A stretch of DNA of 64,000 bases from Raillietiella orientalis (Eukaryota): NCBI GenBank assembly GCA_036172245.1, contig JAYWIR010000022.1:372001-436000 (forward strand), written 5' to 3'. Shown piece after piece: positions 25,090 to 36,839 of this stretch (the stretch's first letter is position 1; every line of letters begins with the position of its first letter). The translations under genes and the position numbers were made by a program. The notes beneath the pieces are model-generated. The model was not told the DNA's origin. It saw nothing but the letters and a program-made list of their open reading frames with translations, and made no database searches.

Positions 25090-25715
25090 GCATTGCAGTT
25101 TGAGTTTATCAGTGTGGATCCAAACATCCAAGCCGTTCAAGGTGCGGAGAGCGAGAATCCCTCCCACACCTCTTAGAGGACTGTGTTGCCCTTTGGGGAC
25201 GCTTTGCAGCGACTCTTGTAATCCCCGGCAGAAACTCCAGGGACGCGATGCGACTCCTTTTTGTGCGGGACGCCCTGCAGCCAACCGCAGCCCTTGCAGC
25301 ACTTTGCTGCCTTCGTGGAATCGTGGCGGCAAGGAGCGATGCCAACCAAAGATCCAACGACAGAAACGGCATCCACTTTCTCTTCGTTTTTTACGGATAG
25401 CGGCCGGATGGCCCCACCTGCACATCTCCATGAAACAGGACCTTGCCGGCATCCTCCAAAGGATGCAGAGGACCGCCCCCTGTAGGGTGCGATTCCTTCC
25501 CGCATTCCCACCCTCAGAATTGTTTTATTTTTGTTTTGTTTACTTTTCTTTTTGTTTGGCCTCTTTTCTCTGCTGTCATGGTGGACCTCACCGGTCTGTG
25601 AACCGGTAACACGGCAGGGTATCTACAGAAAGGACGTGGCTGCCAACAATCCAATCACAAAAATTGTAAATGTTCATTTATTTTAAATAAACGCCCCGGC
25701 GAACCCAGATGAAAA
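25090..25715 (+). mobile_element. 5'-truncated Tx1 copy (ORF2 tail and 3' UTR)
   Basis: LFVRDALQP...LCCLRGIVAA...FLRIAAGWPHL is homologous to the 19.1-19.4 kb and 31.5-31.8 kb copies and shares their 3' UTR motifs. Confidence 0.75.
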
Positions 25716-25949
25716 CTTCAATAGGTGAGGATGAAGGCTCAGTGTTGTTATGCTGGGAAGCAGCTGATCAAGGGTGGCGTATCCTGGATTCTGCTATTTC
25801 CAGGGGGGAGGGGCCCTGCGTTAAGGGGGCCGTAGAAGGCACACGGGATCCGACACGCACTTGGGGGGGGCAAAGGGGGGTCGCTTGGCGCAGGCATGGG
25901 GTTTGCAGAAGGAGGGTTGATCGTGAACAGTCGCTTCACCCGTGGCATC

Positions 25950-26640
25950 ATCGTAGGCAATGAGGTTGTCAGCATCTGTCAGGTCATCGGGAAGATCCAC
26001 ATCAGCATGGGGTCTTGTGGGCCATGTCGGGAGGAGATGTGGTTTCGACGACGGAGGAAAATCTTTATTACTTTAAAAGATACAGGGTTGCTCCTTTGGA
26101 GGGAGCTCGTATACAAAATGGACGGAAACAAGACCGATATTGCCTGTTCACAGTATCCAATAGCATCATTCGCGAGTTGAATGTTCGAGGATTCTGGATC
26201 TCTTTTGACGGGACGTCACTCATGGTCGTGGTACGTTTCGTCCGTTGATCCGGGGGGACGCACCAGTTGTAGCACTTGAGAAGATCTCTTCGAAAAAGCT
26301 GGAGTAGGGGTTCTGCTAATCGGCGACTCCTCCATTTGCAGAGGGCCGCGGAAGGCAAACAGGAAGCGGCACGGGTCGTGGAGGTTCTCACTTTTCGAGG
26401 GGGTTCACTAATGGGTGGAAGATCGAATTCTTCAGGGCGATCGTCACTAGCTGCATCCTCGTACTAAGGTTGTCATCTTCCACAACCTTCTTTTGCACGC
26501 GGTTCAGTGTTGTCGACTCCGCTGCAAGATGTTCTGGAACATAGTGAGGGAACGGGGCTGAAAACCGCATGCGCAGGCTGCACAAGTGAAGCACTGAGCG
26601 TGGGGTTGGGATTAGGGCTAGCTGGACGGAGAGGGTCGAG
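25950..26640 (-). mobile_element. Possible Gypsy LTR integrase remnant
   Basis: LCSLRMRFSAPFPH...LAAE...VQKK...IFHPLVNPLE parallels FC...SAPYHPxSNGLAER...TPH...SPxE. Strongly decayed. Confidence 0.3.
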
Positions 26641-26679
26641 ATCTGTCGGGGGGAGGATGAGGCATCCAGAGCCTTGGTG

Positions 26680-28430
26680 AATAGTTGGTACTTGATGTGT
26701 TTCGCGTAGATGTCTCTGGATACTCTTATGACGGCCGCGATCACCCTGTCCCTAAGCGACCTTAGGGACAAGCGAGAGTGGCTTCGCGCGCGGCTCGAGT
26801 ATGCCCAGTCTGACAAGGACTTCATCGTCCCTTGGGTTCCAGGCTCGCAATGTGCCGATGATGAATGCAACCACGTAGACCGTCCTGCCGGAGTTGCGGA
26901 AACACTGGGCAACTAGAACAGACTTTTTGACTGTTTCTGCCCGCGCAACTCTGAAGGAGTTTCGACGGTTCTCATAGGGGATAGCAACATCGATAATGGC
27001 AGCCTGGGAGTCGTCATAGACAACAAGGTGGGCTCGGCGGAGGGAGGAGTTTGAATCGCCCACTTGTTGGCCGGTTTCAAGTCTGAGCCAAGCTTCGGCC
27101 AGTTCCTTGAGGACTAAGTTGTGGCTCTCAGTTATGGAACTTCCAAGGTAGTATTTGCAGTGGGCGAGTACGTAACAGAGAGATTCCTTAGTGCATCTTC
27201 TGCATCTCCCAGAGAATCCGGGGCGCTTCATGCTCCCACTGAGTGGCAGTAAGTTCAGCCGCGCTCCATGGATTGGATGAATCTCCAGTCTGAAAAACGG
27301 AGAAGCTAACATCACTGCAGAAAGCTGTAAGAGGCAGGATGCAGGGAGACACAGTCCATGATTCGACCCTGATCAGGCTTGCTGAGCAGAGTAGATGTTC
27401 TGCCCATCCGCTGCATCGAGCGAACCGTTCTGGCCATTTGCCGACGCTGGTAGCAGGTGATCCGTTCGCCAAGGATTAAAATGTCAATGGAGTCATCCTG
27501 GACGGACCAGGACAGCAGGAACCTTTTGGAGGCTTGCTGCACTGCTGACCAGAAGCTCCCGGAGTCGTCAGAAGGGACATTAAAAGGGGGGCCACAGTCA
27601 CCATTCAGGAAGCAAGCAATAATAATGTTTGTTGGGGAGAGCGGGATTTGCACCTCACCACTCACCTAAGGAACTGCGCGCGAGTTCACCACCATTGGGT
27701 CAGGTAGGACAAGAGCTTGAAAGTGGAGTCCATGCACATGATGGAGTTCTCTTCCTGGAGGACGGGACATCCTATGCTTCCAACAGGAGCAGCTATATAA
27801 AGCTACTCCGTGGAAGTGGCTTGAAGGAGAGTAAGCATTTGAGATTTCAGTGCTTTCTTAATGACGTTGTCCAGCCGCTTCCAAAAGCTGAGGGGGCTTG
27901 AGGTGCAATCGAAGAGAATGGGTGAGGGAGGAAAAAAAAAAAAGACCTTGAGAGCATCTAATTTCTGCCAAGGGGTCAGGGCAGAGTCGAGAAACCGTTC
28001 CAAGTTCCAAAGCATTTCCCCTTCCCCAACATCCGATAGCAGGGCGTCGGACTCTACTGGTTTGCCCAGATACTCGTAGGCTTCCTTGTCCAGGAGTGCG
28101 GTTGTCGATCTCTCGCCGATGTCGCGCTTCAGGCGTCCGTTGATTAAAATTTTCTGCTCGATGTGCGCGTCGATCAGCGGCTCTCACGGTGTGGATCGTG
28201 ACGCCGGTCGCGGACGGGATGGCCTATATAACGTCAAAATCGACGTTCTTCCGGTGCGGCGCATTGTGAATGTCTTTAGCATTTGCGACTCTGAGAGTTC
28301 CTTTCGCACACGTAGTGTTTGCAATGTCACCATCGGTGGGCTGGAGGGCGGTTCACTCGCTCGGCTGACATCCATGATCTTCTGGAAGATAGCTGTACAT
28401 CCAGGCAGTCCCTGCCGCATTTCCTGATTC
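26680..28430 (-). mobile_element. Utopia-like (NeSL clade) RLE retrotransposon, 3' half, pseudogenised
   Basis: YEYLG, LTPWQKLDALKVF, SKPDQG, HGARLNLLPLSG, CRRCTKESLCYVLAHC, IIDVAIPYEN, FIIGTLRAWNP and IRVSRDIYAKHI, in the motif order typical of Utopia ORFs. Confidence 0.85.
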
Positions 28431-28569
28431 CAATTTCTCGCTTTATGAGTCCTTGTAATGTGTTGATGGGGGGGGAGGGGGGGCTGTAGCTCCCATATTC
28501 CTCATCATTGCCCTTCTCATCACGACGCTCTTGACGAAGAGGACGATAATGGTCCGAAGGATGGGATTA

Positions 28570-31280
28570 TGACGCGGAGTATTTGCGTTCCCTTCGAACA
28601 ATCCCGCTAAGATGCACACTGTTGTGGTCCTCTGCCAGGCCGATCACCGCCTTCATCGTGCTCCAGCCCTGGCGCAGCGTCGGGCAGATGAGAACGTGGA
28701 GCTGGGTTTCCCTGCTGCCACGCGTTTTGCCGAGCTCGTCTTGGATGTTACCAGACCAGTGTGCTGTCCTGCTCCCACTCAGTATGTGTCCGTGGTAAAA
28801 CAGGAGGAGGTCGTCCTGAGTGCCTGGTGAAAGGTCTCTCCTGAAGACTGTGGTTCCAACCGCCTGCAGGTTCACCATGCGGGTCCCGTAGCGGTTGGCA
28901 GCGCTGTTCAGGACGTCTTCTTCCTCTGGGTAGCTGTCCTTCATTACGTCGCAGATGTTGGCTTCGGTGGTCAGGATCCAAGAGTTGGATGCCTGATGTT
29001 TCCAAAGTTCTCTCGTCTTGCAAGTGTGTCTGCCTCTCATGCATTGCGCGTAGCGAAACAGTCGCATCTCGTGGACGTTGCCACTGGTTGCAAACTGTTC
29101 GCAGTCGCGGATGGTCGTTGCTGGCCTCTGAAATATCCTCTTCCAAGTCTCCCTGGGTACCAGTACAAAGTACGGGATAACCATGGCCAGTTCTTTGTTC
29201 CACAACTCCTTGCTTCGAGGCATGATGTTGAAGCGGTGTTTGGCCACCAGTGTCTGCATCTTTTTTCACGTATGGTCAATGTTGCCCCAGTCCCCGTGTT
29301 TGCATATGAGCGCCAACATCAGGCCATTCGAGTGGTTGACCAACCTCTAATAAGCCCTGCGGGCTGCATAAGACCACTGTTCCAAATCGACAGTGAGTTG
29401 TTGCGCGTCCATGTGGTCGATGGCCCGGAGCGGCAACTTCATCCCGATTCCACCTTCCTCTTGCGAGAGGCACAGCAACTTGAGTCTGACTTGCGGCACG
29501 CCAGATTATCTTCCTTTGCAACTTCTCCACTTCCTCTCTCGTCTTCTTGTCCATTCGGCGGAAGGCGACCCCGAAGAGCACCTTGGGAAGGAGCACGACG
29601 TTTCACAAGTTGGCCCTCCGCTTCATGCAAAATCCGACTCTGGCGTACTTGGCTGCTTCTCGTGTTTTCCCCTGGGTTTCTGTCCACAGCAGCTGCGACG
29701 ACGAAGCATCTCCCATGTGGATGCCCAGGTAGTTCACTTTTTCCACCACTCGGAATCCCTCCTCTGTTAGAATGGAGAGATTCAGGATTCCGATGGGCAA
29801 CAGATGGTTTTTTGGGGCGTTGATTTTCAATCCCAATCCTCTCTTCATGGACTCGACTACACCGAAGAACGCACGCTTGTCCGTCTCGTCCTTCAAGAAG
29901 AAGACTTTTCAAGAAGAAAAGCAGATGGTCCTCATACGGCCAGGTGAGTGAATATGCTCTCGTACACGATGATTCCTTCCAGGAGGCCACTTCGCTCTAT
30001 CAAGGATGACACCACCTCCATGTACAGCACAAGCAGCATCGGTCTCAGAGTGTCTCCTTGCCGGATTCTCCTTACCATCCGAATGGTATCTGTGTCTCGT
30101 GCGTTGATCGTGATCTTGCAATGTTGTTCCTTTAATGTCAGTCCGATGTAGTCGCTGAAGTATCCTGGATAGCCCAGTTACTGCAGTATCTTCAGCAACA
30201 TGCCGTGGTCAGCGCTGTCGAAGGCCTTCTCCATATCCGTGAAACCCAGCACCAGGTCATCGCCGACGTAGTCACTGTAACCGATGATGGCCAGAGCACA
30301 CTTCACGTCGTCGGACATGTGGCGGCCGGGCACCCCGCTCGTCTGAACAGGAAGGCAACGGTCGCTGCAACGACTCGCTCAAGCGGTTGACCCAGATCTT
30401 CGTCAACCCATTGGCGTCGGTGTTTAGGATGGAAATAAGCCGCAATTGGGAGATCTGCGAAAGGTCACCTCCCTTCGGCAGCAGTCGCATCCTGCTTCTG
30501 TAGAACGAAGCCGGGAGCTTCCCTTCTCGGATGCAAAGCGTCAGCTCGTGGAACAGGCGCCGATAGTACGAGATGGGCACGCTGTCGGAGCCTGATTCCA
30601 CGTCCGTGCACATTCCGGAGAATGCTGTCTTCACTTCCTCCAGGGAAATGTCTTGTTCCATTCGCTGCTGCTGTTGCGGGGAGCGTCGTTTCTGCGGGAG
30701 CGCAGAATGACGTCCTGCCTTCGCACGATAGGTCTTCTCGCCGTCAGAAGTGGGAGGAGTGGTGTTGGTGGAAGGCCTCCACGATCCCTTCCAACATGTG
30801 ACGTATCATGTCTTATGCCCGAGTCGGAGGCCGTCTGGCTGCGGTCTCCGCTCTTGGCACCAACAAGTACTGCAGGTTCGAATACTCCGAAATGAATCGA
30901 CTCCGAGAGCGTCGTGGGTTCGAGTTCTTCCCGCAAGATGACTCTGGTTGGCCTCTATTGCTTCGGCACTGGTAGCGGTTAAAACCAGATGCTCCCGATG
31001 AGGACCGGGACAAATGGGAGTCGACCTTCGGCCCCTTCCTGGAATCAAGAAGTTGTTGCGGAGGGAGTTCTTCCCCTCCTATTGTGAAGGAGCGGACCCC
31101 ATTCCGGGGGGGCACTCCGCTCCTTACTGATGGAGTAGGTGTGTCGCCACCACCTCTCCAAACAGTGCAGAGAAGCTCACCGATCCCTTCGGAGAAGCAG
31201 CTCCCTTCTGAATTTCGGAAGTGTCCCTTCGGGATTCTCTTCAGAGGAGGAAACAGGAGTGGTTCCCTTGCGGGTTCCCT
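28570..31280 (-). mobile_element. Tx1/L1 ORF2 pseudogene (linker, RT and C-terminal region)
   Basis: ISLEEVKTA, LLPKGGDL...ISILNTDA, DMEKAFD, IRQGDTL, YED, GLKIN, VNYLGI and LLPKVLF, with stops and frameshifts. Confidence 0.88.
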
Positions 31281-33334
31281 CCCTAGTTATCACCCGGTCA
31301 TGCCGGGGTGTTTATTGATTTCAATGAACTTGCCACTTCCGTGATACGAGGCCACACTACGGCCAACCCAACAGTGGACCTTTCCGGTCGCCGATACGCA
31401 GACCTCGGGGGTCACTTCGGCAGCGGAGGGGGATGGGAGAAAACGAAAATGAAAAAAAAAAGAATAAATAAAAATAAATAAGAACAGTTGGGAGGGGCGG
31501 GAAGGGATCACTGCCCGCTGGAGGGACTCCAGGACCCGTTCCAGGATGCCGGTAAGGTCCGTCCGGATAATTCCCAGGTGGAGTCATCTTGCCGCTATCC
31601 GCAGGAAGCGAGCTGCGAACTGGGTAGTGGCCCTTTCCTTTGTTCTTCTGTCGGCTTCGCTCCATGCCGCCACAATACCGCGGATGCAGCAAAGTGCTTC
31701 TGGGGCTGCGGCTGGCTGCAGGACGTCCCGCACGAAAAGAAGGCCCTGGAGGCCGTAAAACGTCCCTGGAGGGCTGCCAACCGGCATCCGGACTGCTAGC
31801 AGGTGCAGGAGGGATTCCTGTTCCCCGCAGCTGAGACAGTCCGGGCTCTCCCTCCTCAGCTTCTAGTGGTCTCGGCGCGCGTTGCAGGGGAAGTCCAGTG
31901 CAGTAGCAGAAGCTCCGACCCCTGCCACTTCGGTTGGAATGCCGAGCAGCAGCTCGCCCCAGCGCTGTTCTCGTAGAGGGACGCTCGGGTTCGCTGCATC
32001 TGCCAGCTGTCCCGTGGTCCAACCACTTATCAATCGCTGCCTGCCTGCAATTTCGCAGTAGGCTTCCCACCGCGGTTTTTGGCTGCTGCCTAGTGCCCTC
32101 CTCAAAAAAAGCAGCCTTGCAACGAGGGAGGTCGTCTCTGCCAACATGTTCCTCCAGAACACTCCTGGACCTTCCGGAGTGAGCAGCGGGAGTAGTTGCC
32201 GAGTCGCAGGTAATTCCACCTCTCACTTTCCCTCTCATTAATCTTCGCCGATTGTTGCCTCCATCCAGGCGCTAGAGTTGGCGGGCAGCAGGTCATCTAG
32301 TCATTCTCCTTCGCCAGGGTGACGACTCAGGAGAAGACGGCATCTTCGCAACTTGGGTCGCGAGCACGAGAGGAAAGACTCGAGTCCTTCCGTCTCGACC
32401 TCACGGCTAACGAAGAGATGTACCGGAACGCACCATGAGGTGCGTTCCGGTACATGAGGTACACGCACCATGAGGTGCCATCTCAGCGAAGACAAGGGTC
32501 TTCGCTGCGATGGCCATGGTTCTCCAAAGCAGCTGTATCTTCATCTGCTTTAGCGTCAGGAGGCCGAGACCGCCGTCCCGACGCGGAGCGCGGAAGTCCG
32601 ACAGCGGGACTCAGGGCCACCCGTTTCCCCACAGAGCGATGCTCAGGAAGTGCTTTGTCCGCTTTTTCATCTCGGGAAGACAGGGCAAACAAAAAGTAGG
32701 GGGCGTAGGAGAGGAGCAGCAAGCGTGTTCCAGATCGTGGCCCGTTCTGGCAAGTGAAACTTGCCCCCAGGAACGGACCGATAGCGGCCTCTGCCTTCTA
32801 GAGGTAGCTGGACCACGCCTCCGCTAAAGAATATTCCCCTAACGGCACACCGAGGTACTTAAAGTACCAGACCGTAAAGATTCCCATGCGAATCCACTCA
32901 GACCGTCTAGCCCATGTCGCACCAGCCGCCACTGCCGACAATTTCTCCCTGTTCACCCTAAGTCCTGTCCCGCCGCTCAATAACTCAAAGAAGCGCTCGA
33001 GCGCTGATGCCGGGGCGGACATGGGGAGCAGGGGCAGAAGATCGTTGGCATACGACAACACGGCAGGCCTTTTCGGACACGAGCTCGGCAGGGTTTCCAG
33101 AGTCTTTTTGTATGCTCTCAGCACCAACTCGAAGTAGGTGCTAAAGAGCAGGGGGCTGAGGCTGTCACCCTGCCTTATGCTGCAGCGTACGCTGTACGTG
33201 TGTCGACCACTGAAAAGAAGGTTAAATAGCGCGAAGCACCCGCAGGAGTGCAAATAAGCCAGGAAGGCCGCCGGGAGTTCCATGCGTTCCAAGAGCTCCA
33301 GGAAGAGTTTATAGTCGACGCAGTCAAAAGCTTT

Positions 33335-33678
33335 CTACGCGATAAGGATGCCATTCAGGGCGCCGCGAAATTCCTGAGGAGGGCGTCGCGATGGCCCCAC
33401 CTGGATCCGCGAGAACAAGAAGAGCTTGCCGACATTCTGAGAAGGATGCAACGGCCCCAGCAGCAACAGTGATCCCTTCCTGTACCCTCCCTGTCCTGTA
33501 CCTTTTGTTTAGTTTTTCCCCCTTCCCCTGCTGCCTTGGTGGACCGTACCGGTCTGAGAACCGGTGACCTGGCAGGCTCTGTGTTTCTTCGTGCGTATGT
33601 CTTGTTCTTGTTTCTTCCACTGACGTCTTTGTTAAAGTTTATTTTTAAATAAACGCCCCGGAGAAATCCGAGTGAAAA
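33335..33678 (+). mobile_element. 344-bp 5'-truncated Tx1 copy with an 11-bp TSD
   Basis: TCAAAAGCTTT at 33324-33334 and 33679-33689. Contains the FLRRASRWPHL tail and the shared 3' UTR. Confidence 0.9.
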
Positions 33679-34130
33679 TCAAAAGCTTTGTGCAAATCGA
33701 CTGCGACCGCAAGAACTCCCGACGCGTCCATCCCTCCTTGGCCTTCCCCTCCCTGGTCAGAGGAGAATTTAGGTTTCCCTAGACCCATCTGTGCATCGCG
33801 CTGTTGCAAGTGCCACTACGTGCTGACGAAGAACAGGTTGGCGTCCATGGTCCGTCCGGGAACAGCGTAAGTCTGCTCCGGACTGGCCACGGGTTTGGCC
33901 ACCCGTCCCATTCTCTTCTCCCACAGTTTGGCAAGCAACTTTGCGCCCGCATTCACTACTGTGATGGGACACCAGTTGCCACCAGTTACTGATCGGAACC
34001 ATTCGGAAACATCCTCTCGTTCGCGGATCAGCATGCACAGTTTGTGCACCAGGAGTACCAGTTCTGCCGCGAAGCATTGGTAAAACTCCGCAGGCAGACC
34101 GTCTTCCCCTACCGTGCCGTTTTCATGGAA

Positions 34131-35687
34131 ACACTGAGACTTCAGTTCAGTGGAAGTGTGGTTGGATTGCCTTCGGAAGGCAATCTGGTTCCGTTCCGGA
34201 GCGGGCCTCCGTTTGAAACACCTTCGTTGCTCCCCTCCTCCGCCCCCTCTTTTTTCTTTGTCCGCCCCCTATTCGGCCAAGCTCCAGGCGAGACGCCTGT
34301 TGAGGAACGCTTTGTGGGGACCCGCGAGAACCAGGATACGCCTCGAAGACTTGGCGGCTCCATCTCGGGATGCCAGTTTAGGCATCCTAACGTTGGACAG
34401 GATCGGGCTGCAAGTGCAGCTCCAGATGCTGGCACTTTGTGCCAAACTATGGTCGACTCCGTGGTGTCCTCCCGCGCGCCTGCTACTGCGGCGCTGCACC
34501 GGCAGCGAAGGACTGCTACTTTCGTCGCTGCCCCATACCGAGCGCGTCACGAGAGGCTTCGGCTTCCCCCTGAGACTGCTTTACAGGCTCTGTAAGCCCA
34601 TTCTTGAATCCCCTGCTGCCCAACGAACTTTAACGCTTGGCGGCAGAAAGCGTTATGGTCCTGGGCAAGGCATCGGGTAGTGTGGCTAATTAAACTTCGT
34701 TGCGTGCACCTTTCCCCCTATCTTCCGTTGGAGGATGTGATGCGAGATCAGGGCAAGTTGGACCAGCCTGGCCGCCATACCCCTCACCGCAGCGCTGTCT
34801 GCCCTAAAGGCAAGAGACGACAGTTGCCTACAGGCAAGAAGGGAGGTCGCCTGCACGATCGCAGGAGCAGTCCGACCCATGGGCAGATGGAGAAGTAGCG
34901 AGCTGGGAGACACCGCCACGCCTCACAATTGTTCGAAGAGACTCCTTCGGTGGAGAGAACTCCTAAGTGTGCCCCCCGAAGAACTTGTGGTCCTTCCTTC
35001 GTGCATGGACACTTCTGTGTTTCCCCTTCCATAGTATCAGGGTGTGATCTTGCTGGTGCATTGGGGCTTTGATTGCAGCCAGCGTAGCAACATTGTTTCC
35101 GGGGGAGTTGCCTCCCCCAGCTGTAGAAGGTGCGGAGCAGCGGAAACGCTCCCGCATCTGCAATTCAACTGCGCTGCCCTCCAAGGACTGTGGCGGAGCC
35201 TGCCTTCAGCTCTCCTGCACCTGAGGAACACCGCAAGGATTTTTATGCGCCGCTTCTTCACGAGAGGCGTCCTCTTGTTAGGTTTGGTCATCGCGACGAC
35301 CTGTTACATCCGCGCCATCGTTACAGCCCGACGCTAGTTGGAGACTCGGGAGATCCCTCGAGAGGCCACCGCAATCGCCGACGTCAACATGACGACGGCC
35401 AGGTAGCCTCATCTTCCAGAAGACGTAAGGAAGAAGATCTCCGGCATCCAACGCCGGTTCTGAAAGAAAGGAACGGCCGAAGCCAAAGATTCCTGTCCCC
35501 TCCCCCCCCCCCATATCTTCTTGTTTTTATTTATTGTCCCCTTCCTCCCATTCCGGACTCTCAGTATGCCCGATCTACGTGTTGGGAAGTCCTCCCCTGG
35601 AACTTCTATTCCCTTTGCCTGGGAACTATGTTCCCAGATGATGTGCATTTTAAATAAACGTCCCGTCGCAACAGGGTAAGAAAGGAA
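34131..35687 (+). mobile_element. About 1.55-kb 5'-truncated Tx1 copy with a TSD of at least 14 bp
   Basis: CCGTTTTCATGGAA at 34117-34130 and 35688-35701. Encodes LAAPSRDASLG (GGLG-like) and CRRCGAAETLPHLQFNC; AATAAA at 35653. Confidence 0.88.
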
Positions 35688-36839
35688 CCGTTTTCATGGA
35701 ACTGAGTTTTGCGATTTGATCTCCTTTTTTTTCTTTTCTTTTCTGCTTCTCGCTTTTCATCTGCTGCCATCCAGCCTCCTGGCCGCTCTCCTCGCCGCTT
35801 TCAACAGTGTTTGTTTTGCTCGGAGCGGCAGCCTCTGCTGGTGCTGCAGAAGAAGCGTAGCTCGCAGCGATTTTTTTCTTTTTTCCGCGCGCTTCTTGCT
35901 TCTTTTCGCAGCCGCGATGCGGACGGTGATTTCAGAGCACACTTTTGTCGTGTGTCCCATCGTTTAAACACCTCACACTGCATTTTGGGGCACCTTTGTT
36001 TCAGGTATTCCGAAGTGTGGCAGTGCCCGCAGCATTTGGGTTTCCCCACGTACCACAGGTCCAACGGTTCTCCGGCGACTTGCAGTTTGTGGGGCAGCCC
36101 ACAAACTGCAAGACCTCGTGAGAAGTGATCCGCTCTGCAGCAAGGCCCCCCGGAAGCCCGTTGGGTTCCACGAGAGGAGAGGGTTTCGTCTACATCGCGT
36201 CTACCGTGCCGTACTTTCCTAATTCGCTACAGACGGCCTCCTTGATCATCTGCAGCGTTATTTCTAGAAGATGGACCACCACCGAGCGGTTCAGCATGAT
36301 CAGGAGCAGCTTCCTGCTCCCCGTCACAACGTGGGTCCTTAGCCGTCGTTGAGCAAGGTCTGCCTCCTTGCAGACTACCTCAATATACTCAACCCCACTG
36401 CGGATGATCATCACAAGAAGCTCCTTTTGTTTGATGCAGTGAGCGTACATTACATTCGAGGAGGCGCGCGCTTTCCGGACTATATAAATTGCTTACCTTG
36501 TAGGGGAGGATTGAGTTATAGTTCTCCTCAATGTAGACTTGTTGTTCCTCCATGCCCGCCGGCAATGGGACTGCGGCCACGGCGTTCCATGCCCTCGATG
36601 GCACGAGGGGCGATTTCGTGGGGGAAGACTGCGAGATCCATTGACTCTGGTGGCGATTCCCATTCACTGGTGGTGAAGTCAGGCATCGCTGCTTTCGCCA
36701 CCATCGAATTCACACAGGTCACTTAAAAGTAAAAACAATCGACGCACCAGCCGCGGAGCGAAGGAAAAACATCTGAAATCGTTGACAGCTCGATGAACCC
36801 ATTGTAAAGAACGTTTTCTCATCAGCCACCCTGGAAATT

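Larger units (their letters stand above)
31287..36790 (-). mobile_element. Near-full-length Tx1 element (ORF1, RT, zf-RVT, 3' UTR) with an internal deletion and two nested insertions
   Basis: ORF1 at 36.7-35.8 kb (ELGKYGTV, WYVGKPKCCGHCH). RT at 34.1-33.7 kb (DGLPAEFY, NWCPITVVN, VDLHKAFD) resumes at 33.3-32.8 kb (KAFDCVD, IRQGDSLSPLLF, YAND, KYLGV). CLSC...ESLLHLL near 31.8 kb; AATAAA at 31316-31311. Confidence 0.88.

Noticed and set aside
30960..31040. Hammerhead-like CCGATGAG motif repeated at 42540-42610
   Set aside because: There is no CTGATGA core with a correctly placed GAAA. The shared sequence is explained as the Tx1 ORF2 endonuclease-RT linker on the opposite strand.
36490..36510. 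U1 snRNA 5'-like GCTTACCTTGTAGGGGAG
   Set aside because: The match is too short and lies antisense within ORF1 coding sequence; probably chance.
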